Positions 9,199 through 19,204 are shown, numbered from the stretch's first letter. The stretch is DNA of 32,000 nucleotides from Dickeya dadantii NCPPB 898 (GCF_000406145.1 NZ_CM001976.1:4763677-4795676); one strand, 5' to 3'. Translations and numbers: made by a program. The notes: generated from the letters alone by a model not told the origin.

Positions 9199-9259
9199 GT
9201 CACACCCGATGTGACGGAGATTGGCATCCTGTGTCCAGGCTGAATCTCTTTTCCCTCGG

Positions 9260-9291
9260 CAGGTTGCGGGTTTCCCGCAGCCTGTTTTTTT
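9260..9291 (+). terminator. Rho-independent terminator
   Basis: 11-bp stem caggttgcggg / cccgcagcctg (one G-U pair) with loop ttt, followed by T7 (9285-9291). Confidence 0.85.
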
Positions 9292-9311
9292 ACCGCCGCG
9301 AATAACCCGGT

Positions 9312-9791
9312 CTATTCCTGCGCCGCCTGTCGCAGGCTGTCGCCCTCCAGCCGGTAACGGATCCACTCGTTTTGCGGCGCAGCGCCCAGACTGTCGTAAA
9401 AATCGATAGCAGGCTGATTCCAGTCCAGCACGCTCCACTCCAACCGTCCACAACCGCGTTCAACCGCCAGACGTGCGATATATTTCAGCAGCGCTTTGCC
9501 GGCACCCTGGCCGCGATAATGCGGCGACACGTACAGATCCTCCAGATAAATGCCGTCGCGCCCCAACCAGGTGGAGTAACTGGTGAAAAACACCGCAAAC
9601 CCGATCGGTTCGCCGTTCCATTCGCAAATCAGCGCTTCGGTAGACGTACCTTCGCCAAACAGCGTTTGCTCGATTTCCTGCTGATTGGTCTTCACCTCGC
9701 GCAGCGCTTTCTCGTACTCAGCCAGTTCACAAATAAAATTCAGGATAGTGGCGGAATCCTGCTGCGCCGCCCAACGGATATGTAAGGTCAT
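9312..9791 (-). CDS. GNAT-family N-acetyltransferase
   Basis: 159 aa. Acetyl-CoA motif A: LYVSPHYRGQGAGKALLKYI. The overall pattern resembles diamine/SSAT-like GNATs. Confidence 0.85.
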   Translation of the reverse strand: MTLHIRWAAQQDSATILNFICELAEYEKALREVKTNQQEIEQTLFGEGTSTEALICEWNGEPIGFAVFFTSYSTWLGRDGIYLEDLYVSPHYRGQGAGKALLKYIARLAVERGCGRLEWSVLDWNQPAIDFYDSLGAAPQNEWIRYRLEGDSLRQAAQE

Positions 9792-9884
9792 AAAAAGATC
9801 TCTGTGATGGATTCGTCAGGCTGCAAGCTTAATCGCCAGGTTATAATGCATGAAGTGCAATATTATCAATTCATGGTGAATATT

Positions 9885-10823
9885 ATGCATCCTCAGTTAC
9901 GGCGCCTCGACCTCAATCTGTTGCTGGTGTTTGATGCCATCTTCCGGCATCAGTCGGTCACTCGCGCCGCCGCTGAACTTGCCATGAGCAACTCGGCGTT
10001 AAGTCATGCCCTGAGCAGATTACGCAAGACGCTGAATGACGAACTGTTTTACCGTTCCGGTCAGGAAATGCGACCAACGGTCTTCGCGCAAAAGCTGGCT
10101 GCCACCATTGGCGACGGGCTGCGTTTGCTGGAACAGGGATTCAGCCTGCGCCCCGGCTTTGACCCTGCCAGCAGCCATGAATCCTTTACGTTTTCGGTGA
10201 CCGACTATACGGCGTTTTGCGTTTTTCCGGCATTAACCGCCACGATCCAGTCGCTGGCGCCCCACCTGCAATTCCAGTTGATTCACAGCGATCAGAAAGT
10301 CGCCTTTGAAGAGCTGTTGGCCGGCCGCGTCGATTTCGCCCTCGGTTTTACCGAATTCGCTGACCACATGCATGAAGACATTCATGATATTGACTGGATG
10401 GAGGATGATTACGTGGCGATCACGGCAACCCGCTTCAGAGACAATCAGACGCCGTTATCGCTGGAAGAGTACCTGAACGCTCGTCATCTGGTGATTACGC
10501 CCTGGAATGAAATGCGCGGCGCCATCGACTACGAGCTGGATAAACTGGGCAAACAGCGCACTATCGCGCTGCGGATGCCGTCACTGCTGGCGGCACCCGC
10601 GATTATCGGGCAAAGCAACCTGCTGATGACGCTGCCGCGCTTTGCCGCCAGCCACCTTGCCGCGCTCACCGGGTGTACCCTCCATGAGCTGCCGTTCCCG
10701 GTGCCGCCTTACCACGTCAAAATCTATTACCACCAGCGTCATCAGCGGCGAGCGGCCGACCGCTGGCTGGCGGCGCAGATTCAGCGGCTGGCGCCGCTTT
10801 CCCGGCCAGCCGCGTCAACGTAA
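9885..10823 (+). CDS. LysR-family transcriptional regulator
   Basis: N-terminal HTH: LRRLDLNLLLVFDAIFRHQSVTRAAAELAMSNSALSHALSRLRKTL. I prefer the ATG at 9885, which gives the typical distance to the DLNLL motif. The ORF track starts at 9804. Divergent from the GNAT gene. Confidence 0.85.
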   Translation: MHPQLRRLDLNLLLVFDAIFRHQSVTRAAAELAMSNSALSHALSRLRKTLNDELFYRSGQEMRPTVFAQKLAATIGDGLRLLEQGFSLRPGFDPASSHESFTFSVTDYTAFCVFPALTATIQSLAPHLQFQLIHSDQKVAFEELLAGRVDFALGFTEFADHMHEDIHDIDWMEDDYVAITATRFRDNQTPLSLEEYLNARHLVITPWNEMRGAIDYELDKLGKQRTIALRMPSLLAAPAIIGQSNLLMTLPRFAASHLAALTGCTLHELPFPVPPYHVKIYYHQRHQRRAADRWLAAQIQRLAPLSRPAAST

Positions 10824-10865
10824 TTAGAAAGGTAACGCGCGAACTGCAAGAAGGGTGCGTGAATA

Positions 10866-11264
10866 TCAGTGCTCGTCATCCAGCTGTGAAGCCTGCCGGC
10901 TGCACACCAGCCATACGCCGGCAATAATCAGCGCGATCGCCAACAGCTTGCCGGTGCTGAACGTGTCGGGAAAGATCGGCAGCGCCACCGCCAGCCCCCA
11001 CACCAGCACGTAACTGAGGCTCAGCAATGGGTAGGCCCGGCTTAACGGCAAAAAACGCAGGGCGTTAAACCAGCTCAGCATCGAGAAAGCATACGCCGCC
11101 AGCCCCACCAGTACCGCGGCGGCGGCGACTGGTAACACCAGCATGGCGAACATAAACGGCAGTGGCTCCGTCAGCGAGGGCAGTTGAGACATCCCCCATT
11201 TCATCGACAGTTGTGCTGCGCTGACCAGCAACACGCTCAGCAACGCCCATCCATAGCCTTTCAC
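10866..11264 (-). CDS. arnF: Undecaprenyl-phosphate-aminoarabinose flippase subunit ArnF
   Basis: 132 aa from GTG 11264 (VKGYGWALLSVLLVSAAQLS...), which matches ArnF length and N-terminus. GTGA overlap with the arnE stop. The 205-aa ORF-track version is an out-of-context extension that overlaps arnE. Confidence 0.85.
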   Translation of the reverse strand: MKGYGWALLSVLLVSAAQLSMKWGMSQLPSLTEPLPFMFAMLVLPVAAAAVLVGLAAYAFSMLSWFNALRFLPLSRAYPLLSLSYVLVWGLAVALPIFPDTFSTGKLLAIALIIAGVWLVCSRQASQLDDEH

Positions 11265-11602
11265 GCGATCCCTCCCATCAAGATTACGCCGACAACAATC
11301 AGCACAATACCCACCGACTGACGCAGACTGATGGCTTCCCGCCACAGCCAGCGCGCCGCCAACGCCACCAGAATAAAATTCAGGCTCAACATCGGATACG
11401 CCACGCTTACCGCCACCCGCTGCAACACCGCCAGCCACAACACCATCGCCAGCCCCAGCAACAGCAGGCTTATCCCCATCCACAACACAATGTGAGCGCG
11501 ACGTGAACGGCCGCCGCTCTGCCAGCTGGCGGCCTGTTTCTGGCTAAGCTGACCGGCGCAGGTCAACAGGCTGACCAGCAGAATCAGCAGGTAATTGGTC
11601 AT
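11261..11602 (-). CDS. arnE: Undecaprenyl-phosphate-aminoarabinose flippase subunit ArnE
   Basis: 113 aa from ATG 11602 (MTNYLLILLVSLLTCAGQLSQKQA...AYPMLSLNFILVALAA), collinear with E. coli ArnE. ATGA overlap with the arnT stop. Confidence 0.87.
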   Translation of the reverse strand: MTNYLLILLVSLLTCAGQLSQKQAASWQSGGRSRRAHIVLWMGISLLLLGLAMVLWLAVLQRVAVSVAYPMLSLNFILVALAARWLWREAISLRQSVGIVLIVVGVILMGGIA

Positions 11603-13257
11603 TGCTGACGATACCACAATAAGGCGACTCGCCCTTTCCGGTCAGTGTAATCCGCCGGCGGTACGCCGGTGATCGGATCAGTCGCCGAAGAGAAGATCAG
11701 CACCAGCGATACATTGCCTTCGCGGCGATGCGTAGCCAGCCAATCGGCAAACGCATCGGCCGGCACCATGCGACTGGCGCTGTCCGGGTACGACAAGCCG
11801 TATTCCAGTTCACCCTGATTATCGTACATCAGGATATCGCCGCGTTTTTGTTCCCAGGCAACGGCAGAGGCTACGCCCACGCTGTTCGCCAGAATATAAC
11901 GACTCTGCGACAGACGGGATTCAACCTCGGGCGCACGCAGGAACCACTGCGGATGCTTGCTCTCCATCACCCGCTGCGGGATCGCCATGCCAATCAACAG
12001 GGCGATGCCCAGCGGGCAGACCGCTGCCCAGTGCCAGCGAGCCGCCGCATGGCGCAACGTCCACCAGCCGACCAGCCCCCAGAACAGGAACGCCACGACG
12101 CCCAGCGCCACCTTGACGGTTTCCTGCGGCTGATAGAGCGGACGATGCGACAGCCCCCACGGCGCCAGCACCAGCACTACAATCAACGCGCACAGCAGGC
12201 CAAACGCCAGGTTAATCCAGCCGTTGATGGTTAGCAGGCGCGGGTTCAGCAAGGTGGTGGCGCGTCTGGCCATCAGGATCGCCAGCGGCGCGAAGCAGGG
12301 CAGAATGTACGTCGGCAACTTGCCTTTGGCGATGCTGAAAAACAGGAACGGCATCACCACCCAGCCCAGCAGGTAGAACGCGCCGCTCTCCTGACGCCGC
12401 TCGCGCCAGCCCTGTAACAGCGACGACGGCAACAACGCCAGCCACGGCAGCACCCCGGCGATCAACACCGGCAGGTAGTACCAGAACGGCGCTTTGTGCT
12501 GGGCATTCGCGGAATCGGCGAAGCGCTGAATATGCTCGACCCAGAAGAAATAGTGCCAGAAATCCGGCTGCTGACGCGCCACCGCCAGCGCCCACGGCAG
12601 CGACACCGCCACCGCGCTGACAATCGCCAGCGGGCCGTACAGCAGCACCTCTTTCCAGCGCCGCTCCAGAGCAACCCACGGCAGCACCGCAATCACCGGC
12701 ACCGCCAGCGCCAGAAAGCCCTTGGTCATGAAGCCCATGCCGCACACCACGCCCAGCAGCAAATAACCGCCGATTTTACTGCCGCGGGTGGCGGCCTGCG
12801 CCGCGCCCCAGAAGCTGCACATCGCCGCCGCCAGCCACAGGGTGACGATGGGATCGAGCACCGCATAGGTGCCGATACCGTACACCAGCAGGCAACTCAG
12901 ATAGATAGCCGCCGCCAGCAGCGAGGTACGCCGTTGCTGCCACAATCGCTGCGTCAGCCAGTAAATCAGCGCCGCGGTCAGCAAAATGGAGAACACCGCG
13001 CCGGCGCGCACGCCGGCGTTATTGTCGCCCAGCAGCCACTGGCCGATGTTATTCACCCAGTAACCGGCGATCGGTTTTTCAAAATAGCGAATCCCCAGAA
13101 AATGCGGGGCAATCCAGTTGCCGCCCGCCAGCATTTCCCGGCTGATTTCCGCGTAGCGGGTTTCATCCGGTTGCCATAACAGGCGACCATTGAGGGGAAT
13201 GAAGTAGTAGAGCAGTAACAACACCAGCCACAACGTTGTCTGACGTGCGTATTTCAT
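11599..13257 (-). CDS. arnT: 4-amino-4-deoxy-L-arabinose transferase ArnT
   Basis: 552 aa from ATG 13257. The segment RLLWQPDETRYAEISREMLAGGNWIAPHFLGIRYFEKPIAGYW is nearly identical to E. coli ArnT. Confidence 0.95.
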   Translation of the reverse strand: MKYARQTTLWLVLLLLYYFIPLNGRLLWQPDETRYAEISREMLAGGNWIAPHFLGIRYFEKPIAGYWVNNIGQWLLGDNNAGVRAGAVFSILLTAALIYWLTQRLWQQRRTSLLAAAIYLSCLLVYGIGTYAVLDPIVTLWLAAAMCSFWGAAQAATRGSKIGGYLLLGVVCGMGFMTKGFLALAVPVIAVLPWVALERRWKEVLLYGPLAIVSAVAVSLPWALAVARQQPDFWHYFFWVEHIQRFADSANAQHKAPFWYYLPVLIAGVLPWLALLPSSLLQGWRERRQESGAFYLLGWVVMPFLFFSIAKGKLPTYILPCFAPLAILMARRATTLLNPRLLTINGWINLAFGLLCALIVVLVLAPWGLSHRPLYQPQETVKVALGVVAFLFWGLVGWWTLRHAAARWHWAAVCPLGIALLIGMAIPQRVMESKHPQWFLRAPEVESRLSQSRYILANSVGVASAVAWEQKRGDILMYDNQGELEYGLSYPDSASRMVPADAFADWLATHRREGNVSLVLIFSSATDPITGVPPADYTDRKGRVALLWYRQQ

Positions 13258-14156
13258 CAGGCCGCCTCCACGGTCTGCTGACATCCCAACCAGCCATCGC
13301 GTCCGGCGAGGGAACCCCGCACCACGCGCCCGACCGGCAATGTAGTGGTATCTTCCGGCAGCAATTCGCTAAGCGGACAAAAGCGAATGCCCTCCTGCTC
13401 CGCCAGCGCCAACAGTTCGCTGAACTGATCGCTCATCACAATGCCTTCCACTTCGGCATGGATGGTATAGACCGGCGTACCCTGATCCTGATGGATTTTA
13501 TCCAAAATATAGCGGTTGAAGTCGGCGGCGTTGGTTTCCCGCCCGACCGCTTCATCCCAGGTGGGCAGCGTGACCGGAATCTGTACCGTACCGGTGCTGC
13601 CGTCGTTAAGCAGCGGGCGGAACGGCGCGGTGCCGCGGCAATCGCTGTTGTAGTGAAAACCAAACTGCTGTTTGGCTTCCACCGCGGTTTGATCCGCGCG
13701 CCAGCCCGCCACCGCCGAGCACACTACCGGCTCGCCGGTGATCGACTGCAACGCGTCATAGGCCAGCCGGATCTGCTGTTCCATTTTGGCCTGATCCCAC
13801 ACCCCGGCCCAGGTTTGCCAGGCGAAGTGATCCCAGGCGTGCAGCCCGACTTCATGCTGCCGGGACGCCGCGCGAATCGGCTCCGGCAAACCGCGGCCGA
13901 TCACCCTGCCCGGCCAGGCGGTGCCCGCCAGCAGGATATCCCAGCCATACAGCGATGCCGCGCGCGAGCGCAGCATCTTCCACAAGAACACCGGTCGAAT
14001 CAGGCGCCAAAGATGGCGCCCCATGTTGTCGGGCCCGACGCTGAAGAAAAAACTGGCCCGGACGCCATAGACGTCCAGCAACTCCAGCAGGCGGGGCACC
14101 CCCACCCGCGTGCCGCGCCAGGTATCAACGTCGATCCGTAACCCTACTTTTCTCAT
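13257..14156 (-). CDS. arnD: 4-deoxy-4-formamido-L-arabinose-phosphoundecaprenol deformylase ArnD
   Basis: 299 aa. The segment [25 protein letters not shown]...[17 protein letters not shown]...[16 protein letters not shown] matches ArnD. Confidence 0.95.
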   Translation of the reverse strand: MRKVGLRIDVDTWRGTRVGVPRLLELLDVYGVRASFFFSVGPDNMGRHLWRLIRPVFLWKMLRSRAASLYGWDILLAGTAWPGRVIGRGLPEPIRAASRQHEVGLHAWDHFAWQTWAGVWDQAKMEQQIRLAYDALQSITGEPVVCSAVAGWRADQTAVEAKQQFGFHYNSDCRGTAPFRPLLNDGSTGTVQIPVTLPTWDEAVGRETNAADFNRYILDKIHQDQGTPVYTIHAEVEGIVMSDQFSELLALAEQEGIRFCPLSELLPEDTTTLPVGRVVRGSLAGRDGWLGCQQTVEAA

Positions 14157-16144
14157 TCGCTGTCCTGACTGAATCGGCCGGTTTCAACGGTTTGGAGGAA
14201 GAAATCCAGCGTTTCCGCCACGGTTTTTTCCATCTCGATGGTCGGCTGCCAGTGCAACAGGCGTTTGGCGTTGCGGATGCTGGGCTTGCGGTGTTCCACA
14301 TCCTGATAGCCTTTACCGTAGTAGCTGCTGCTTTCCACTTCGCGGAAACCGGCAAACGGCGGGAACTGATTACGCAGCGGATGCTTCTCAAAGCTCTCCA
14401 GCAGTTGTTCCGCCAGCTGGCGAATACTGGCTTCGTTGTCCGGGTTGCCGATGTTGATGATCTGGCCGTCGCACACGCCGTCTTTATTCTCGATGATACG
14501 GAACAGCGCTTCGATGCCGTCTTTGATATCGGTAAAGCAGCGTTTCTGGCGACCACCGTCCACCAGCTTGATCGGCGACCCTTCCACCAGATTCAGGATC
14601 AACTGGGTGATGGCGCGGGAACTGCCGATACGCGCGGCGTTCAGGTTGTCCAGACGCGGCCCCATCCAGTTAAACGGACGGAACAGGGTGAAGCGCAGTC
14701 CTTCCTTTTCGCCGTAAGCCCAGATCACGCGGTCCAGCAGCTGTTTGGACACCGAGTAAATCCAGCGTTGTTTGTTGATCGGCCCAACGATCAGGTTGGA
14801 GTTGTCTTCGTCGAACACCGGGTCGGTACACATGCCGTATACTTCGGAGGTGGACGGGAAGATGATGCGTTTTTTGTACTTCACGCAGTCGCGGATGGTT
14901 TTCAGGTTTTCTTCGAAATCCAGCTCGAATACGCGCAGCGGGTTACGGGTGTACTCGATCGGGGTGGCGATAGCGACCAGCGGCAGCACCACGTCACATT
15001 TCTTGATGTGGTACTCGATCCACTCGGAGTGAATGCTGATGTCCCCTTCCACAAAGTGGAAACGCGGGTTGCCGAGGAAACGCTCGATAGCATCGGAACT
15101 GATGTCCAGGCCGAACACCTCGTAGTTGTCTTCCTGCAGCAGACGCTCGGTCAGGTGGTTACCGATAAAGCCGTTCACCCCGAGGATCAATACGCGGGTG
15201 CGGCGTTTAACGCTCACCACCGGCGAGTTGTTGAGGATAGCGCCTGTCACCAGACCCAGGCTTTGGGCCAGTTGCGCACCCTGCAGATAAATACCGTTGT
15301 CGCCCTGACCGGTGACAATCTCCAGCGCATCGCTGCCGCAGGCGACCACCAGCGGCGAGGTGCTCAGCACGGTGCCCGGTTTGGCGGCGGCGAAATCAGT
15401 ACGCACTTTCGCCTGCCAGATAATGAATTTCGTCGTGCCGACGAAGCTGAACGCGCCCGGCCACGGCTCGGTTACCGCACGCACCAAGTTATACAGAGTA
15501 CGCGCTGGCTTCTGCCATTCAATACGCCCGTCTTCCGGGGTACGGCGACCCACGTAGGTAGCCTGGCTCTCATCCTGCGGAATATCATTCGCTTTACCGG
15601 CGGCGATGGCGGGCAGGGTGTCTTTCAGCAACTGGTCGGCGACATCACGCAGCTTGCGGTGCAGGCTCAGCGCGGTATCGCTTTCGTCGATCGCCACGCG
15701 CTGCTGCGCCACGATATTGCCGGCATCGGCGCGCGCCACCATGCGGTGCAGGGTCACGCCGGTTTCGGTTTCGCCGTTGACCAGCGCCCAGTTCAACGGC
15801 GCACGGCCGCGATAGCGCGGCAGCAGCGAACCGTGCAGGTTGTAGGCGCCGTGCGCCGCGCTCTGCAGAATGGCGTCGCTCAGCAAGTGACGGTAGTAGA
15901 AGGAGAAAATCACGTCTGGCGACATGGCGGCGATGCGTTCCACCCACAACGGGTGGTTAACGTCTTCCGGCGCAAATACCGGGATGCCCAGTTCCGCCGC
16001 GGTGCGGGCTACCGATCCAAAGAACTGATTTTCCGCCGGGTTATCCGCGTGGGTAAACACCGCTTCCACGGTATAGCCCGCTGCTACCAACGCGCGGAGT
16101 CCCACGCAGCCGAAATCATGATAGGCAAAAACAACAGCTTTCAT
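14153..16144 (-). CDS. arnA: Bifunctional UDP-glucuronate decarboxylase / UDP-Ara4N formyltransferase ArnA
   Basis: 663 aa. [24 protein letters not shown]...[25 protein letters not shown], plus a C-terminal SDR domain ([14 protein letters not shown]). Collinear with E. coli ArnA. Confidence 0.97.
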   Translation of the reverse strand: MKAVVFAYHDFGCVGLRALVAAGYTVEAVFTHADNPAENQFFGSVARTAAELGIPVFAPEDVNHPLWVERIAAMSPDVIFSFYYRHLLSDAILQSAAHGAYNLHGSLLPRYRGRAPLNWALVNGETETGVTLHRMVARADAGNIVAQQRVAIDESDTALSLHRKLRDVADQLLKDTLPAIAAGKANDIPQDESQATYVGRRTPEDGRIEWQKPARTLYNLVRAVTEPWPGAFSFVGTTKFIIWQAKVRTDFAAAKPGTVLSTSPLVVACGSDALEIVTGQGDNGIYLQGAQLAQSLGLVTGAILNNSPVVSVKRRTRVLILGVNGFIGNHLTERLLQEDNYEVFGLDISSDAIERFLGNPRFHFVEGDISIHSEWIEYHIKKCDVVLPLVAIATPIEYTRNPLRVFELDFEENLKTIRDCVKYKKRIIFPSTSEVYGMCTDPVFDEDNSNLIVGPINKQRWIYSVSKQLLDRVIWAYGEKEGLRFTLFRPFNWMGPRLDNLNAARIGSSRAITQLILNLVEGSPIKLVDGGRQKRCFTDIKDGIEALFRIIENKDGVCDGQIINIGNPDNEASIRQLAEQLLESFEKHPLRNQFPPFAGFREVESSSYYGKGYQDVEHRKPSIRNAKRLLHWQPTIEMEKTVAETLDFFLQTVETGRFSQDSE

Positions 16145-17124
16145 TCTTCATTGTCCTGTTCAGAAGATCGTGGATCATTGCCAACAATACGTTGAATAAA
16201 ATAGCGGGGACGGGCGCGGACATCGTTGTAGATTCGTCCGATATATTCCCCCAATAGCCCCATACCGACGAACTGGGCGCCGATAAAAGAGAACAGCACG
16301 GCGAACAGCGTGAACACACCGTCCGCCGCCCAGGCCGCGCCAAAAAACAGGCGCAGCAGAATCAGCAGCAGCGCCAGCGTGAAACCGGAGAGCGCAATCA
16401 CGCTGCCCACCACGCTCAGCAAACGCAGCGGCGTGGTGGTCAGGCAGGTCACCAGGTCGTACATCAGGTTAATCAGCTTCATGAAGCTGTATTTGGAATC
16501 GCCAAATTCGCGCTCGGAGTGATGCACCATAATTTCGGTAGCGCGGCGGGCAAAGGTATTGGCGAGGATCGGGATAAAGGTGCTGCGCTCATGGCAATGC
16601 AGCATGGCGTCGATGATATGGCGGCGATAAGCGCGCAGCATACAGCCGTAATCGTTCATGGCCTTGCCGGTAGTGCGCTGAATCAGGTGGTTGATCATGC
16701 GCGAAGCGGATTTACGAAACCAGCTGTCCTGACGATTTTCGCGGATGGTGCCCACCACGTCATACCCTTGATCCGCCGTTTCCACCAGCCGGGGAATCTC
16801 TTCCGGCGGGTTTTGCAGGTCGGCATCCAGCGTGATGATCAGGTCGCCGGACACATGGCTGAACCCGGCCATGATCGCCGAATGTTGCCCGTAGTTGCGG
16901 TTGAGAATCACCGCGACCACATGACTGCCCGGCGCCTGCGCCGCCTCGGTCAGCAACGCGGCCGAATTGTCGCTGCTGCCGTCGTCCACCAGCAGAATTT
17001 CATAATCGCGGTTCATTTGATCACAGGCGGCGGTGGTACGGCGAATCAGCTCCGGCAAGCTCTCCTGCTCGTTGAAAACCGGAATCACCACCGAGACTTT
17101 ATTGATTGCTTCCATGTCTGACAT
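16141..17124 (-). CDS. arnC: Undecaprenyl-phosphate Ara4FN transferase ArnC
   Basis: 327 aa. The segment [47 protein letters not shown] matches ArnC (GT2 family). Confidence 0.95.
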   Translation of the reverse strand: MSDMEAINKVSVVIPVFNEQESLPELIRRTTAACDQMNRDYEILLVDDGSSDNSAALLTEAAQAPGSHVVAVILNRNYGQHSAIMAGFSHVSGDLIITLDADLQNPPEEIPRLVETADQGYDVVGTIRENRQDSWFRKSASRMINHLIQRTTGKAMNDYGCMLRAYRRHIIDAMLHCHERSTFIPILANTFARRATEIMVHHSEREFGDSKYSFMKLINLMYDLVTCLTTTPLRLLSVVGSVIALSGFTLALLLILLRLFFGAAWAADGVFTLFAVLFSFIGAQFVGMGLLGEYIGRIYNDVRARPRYFIQRIVGNDPRSSEQDNEE

Positions 17125-18266
17125 CAGCGTTTCCCCGCCAGTTCGGTTAAGGCATCCACTACGCGATCCACATCCTCGTCGCGCATATCCGGGAACAGCG
17201 GCAGAGAACAGATACGGGCCGAGTTCCAGTCGGTATTCGGCAGGTGCAGATTGGTGAAACGCTCACGATAGTATTTCTGGGTATGAGCGGCGCGGAAATG
17301 CAGGCCGGTGCCGATATTGCGATCTTTCAACGCCTGCATCAGCCCGTCGCGATCGATGCCGCAACGCGCTTCATCCACCCGGATGATAAACAGATGCCAG
17401 GCGTGCTGGTGCGGCCATGACGGCAACGTCAGCGGCTGGAACGGCAAGGCGGCCAGCTTTTGCAGATAACGGTGCGCCAGCGCTTCACGGCGCGCATTGT
17501 TGGCGGCCAGCTTGTCCAATTGCACCAGCGCAATAGCGGCGCTGATATCCGGCAGGTTGTACTTGAAGCCCGGCGAAACCACTTCCGCCTGCGGCGCGCG
17601 CCCTTGCACCATGCGATCGAACGCGTCTACCGCCAGACCGTGGAATTTCAGGCTACGAATGCGGTTGGCCAGCGCGTCGTCGTCCGTCACCACCAGACCG
17701 CCTTCAGCGCAGGTCATGTTCTTGATGGCGTGGAAGGAGAAAATCGCCGTGCCTTCGCCGCCGATGTGACGGCCGCGGTAGTAGGTGCCCGCGGCGTGGG
17801 CGGCATCCTCAATCACCGGAATGCCGTGACGGCGACCGATGTCACGAATCGCGTCAATATCCGCCGGCGCGCCGGCGTAGTGAACCGGGATAATGGCTTT
17901 GGTGCGGGGAGTAATGGCCGCTTCAATCGCTTCCGGCGTCACCATCAGGTTATCGCGGTCCACGTCTACCATCACTGGCTCGGCGCCCAGCAGCACAATC
18001 ATGTTCAGGGTGGAAACCCAGGTGAGCGACGGTGTGATCACCTCATCGCCTGCGCCAATCCCCAGCGCCATCAGGGTGACATGCATGCCGCCGGTCGCGG
18101 AGCTGACCGCAATGGCGTGTTTCGCGCCAGTCAGCACGGCGAACTGCTGCTCCAGTTCCTGATTTTTGGGGCCAGTGGTAATCCATCCGGAACGAAGAAC
18201 CTGCCCAACCGCGGCAAGTTCTTCCTCACCTAACGCGGGGCGCGAGAAAGGTAGAAAATCAGCCAT
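17124..18266 (-). CDS. arnB: UDP-4-amino-4-deoxy-L-arabinose--oxoglutarate aminotransferase ArnB
   Basis: 380 aa from ATG 18266. The segment [42 protein letters not shown]...[40 protein letters not shown] is collinear with E. coli ArnB. The ORF-track extension to 18362 runs into the ERIC-like repeat. Confidence 0.95.
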   Translation of the reverse strand: MADFLPFSRPALGEEELAAVGQVLRSGWITTGPKNQELEQQFAVLTGAKHAIAVSSATGGMHVTLMALGIGAGDEVITPSLTWVSTLNMIVLLGAEPVMVDVDRDNLMVTPEAIEAAITPRTKAIIPVHYAGAPADIDAIRDIGRRHGIPVIEDAAHAAGTYYRGRHIGGEGTAIFSFHAIKNMTCAEGGLVVTDDDALANRIRSLKFHGLAVDAFDRMVQGRAPQAEVVSPGFKYNLPDISAAIALVQLDKLAANNARREALAHRYLQKLAALPFQPLTLPSWPHQHAWHLFIIRVDEARCGIDRDGLMQALKDRNIGTGLHFRAAHTQKYYRERFTNLHLPNTDWNSARICSLPLFPDMRDEDVDRVVDALTELAGKR

Positions 18267-18321
18267 GTAAAAATTCACTCTCAGGTTAAATCGATGATTA
18301 TTGGTGTGGCGAGATAAATCT

Positions 18322-18518
18322 TTATACCCGTCATAGCTCAAGTTGCAGGGGCGTTGGTTCATTACGCGGCCCGTTCATGGGTCTTGCCCTGCGGGGCCGC
18401 AGCAAACCGCGCTCAACGCAGTTCCCGGCAGCGTTGTCAATCACGGCAACTTACTCATGTAAGCGCCTGAAGATGCACCCGGTTACCGCCTGGCTGCAAC
18501 TCGAATTATTTTGGGTAT
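18322..18518. repeat. ERIC/IRU-like imperfect palindromic intergenic element, long (~197 bp) variant
   Basis: Terminal inverted repeats tatacccgtcatagctcaagttgcag (18322-18347) and ctgcaactcgaattattttgggtata (18493-18518) match at 20/26 positions. The core at 18456-18477 (atgtaagcgcctgaagatgcac) matches the remembered ERIC1R primer sequence at 18/22. Confidence 0.6.
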
Positions 18519-19144
18519 ATACACTCTGCTAACATCGCCGTCCCGCCATCGGAATCGGATCTGGGGATAAATACGTCAGGGAAAACCGCTCCTTAGTCCT
18601 TGCGAAGGATAAGTAGAAAAGCAATTAATGACAGTAATATGACCATCAATAATGTTGTTCATCTAATCTTGGCAGATGAGCATAACGAAGATTTCTTAGT
18701 TGAATATTAAGATGCTTCTTTTTAACTGATGTTCAATCCGCGAGAAGAATAGCAAGCTATGTTTAAACCCATCATCAATAAAATGGTGTTCAGCCGCAAA
18801 CATTCATCCATCCTCATCCGTATATAAACACACGAAAAATAAGATTTTTTTCGTGACAGCAATCACACTGACATCAAAACAAGAAAAGAATTACGATTTC
18901 TTGCAATGTTATTAAAAAATAACAACGCGGAAATAAATCTTATTCATAAAAACTACTTATCTTGCTATGAAATAGTGCGCGGATATAAAGGTTATTTCTT
19001 GCCCATCACTGGCCGCCGCTCACCCCGCGGTTCTCTCATATTCTTTAATTATCATGAACAAAGCATAGTAAGGTTTTCTGATATGGCAACCGGGTTGGCG
19101 GTCATTTTGGGTGCAAAAGATCGGAAACGGTATGCATAAAAAGT

Positions 19145-19178
19145 AAAAAAACCGTCCATGTTGCAATGGACGGTTTTT
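19145..19178. terminator. Bidirectional rho-independent terminator (ends the lipoprotein operon on the minus strand)
   Basis: An A7 run, then accgtccat (19151-19159) pairing with atggacggt (19166-19174) around a 6-nt loop, then a T run. On the minus strand the stem is followed by TTTTTTT. Confidence 0.85.
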
Positions 19179-19204
19179 CGTTATCAGCCCAGGAAATAAT
19201 ATAA

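Noticed and set aside
10866-11483. N-terminally extended ORF-track versions of real genes: arnF 205 aa, arnE 118 aa, arnT 561 aa, arnB 412 aa, adeP 494 aa, phoU 275 aa, aegA-like 687 aa, yieE 276 aa, yieH 258 aa, hppD 388 aa, the oxidoreductase 236 aa and LysR 339 aa.
   Set aside because: The extensions overlap upstream genes or repeats and often begin at TTG or GTG without an SD. They also exceed the lengths of well-known homologues. Internal starts with an SD and/or stop-start overlaps fit better.
14192-16195. A 667-aa ORF antisense to arnA. Similar long antisense ORFs lie at 564-1340, 5031-5663, 12496-13179, 13236-14141, 16519-17121, 17460-18233, 25901-26521, 27879-28409, 28531-29031 and 29054-29863.
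   Set aside because: In every case I checked (arnA, yidC, arnD, arnC, arnB, SBP) the antisense ORF shares codon boundaries with the real gene. It stays open simply because the sense gene avoids TTA, CTA and TCA codons. The translations are Arg/His/Gln/Gly-rich and low in complexity. They lack SD sequences and any recognisable family features, whereas the opposite-strand products have unmistakable homology.
18763-18768. PhoP box upstream of arnB.
   Set aside because: Only one GGTTTA half-site is present (minus strand), and no second hexamer lies at the 5-nt spacing.
18906-19139. A 77-aa plus-strand ORF in the AT-rich spacer.
   Set aside because: It has no SD, AT-driven codon content and no recognisable motifs. 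It is kept only as part of the small ORF/sRNA question in the findings, not as a CDS.
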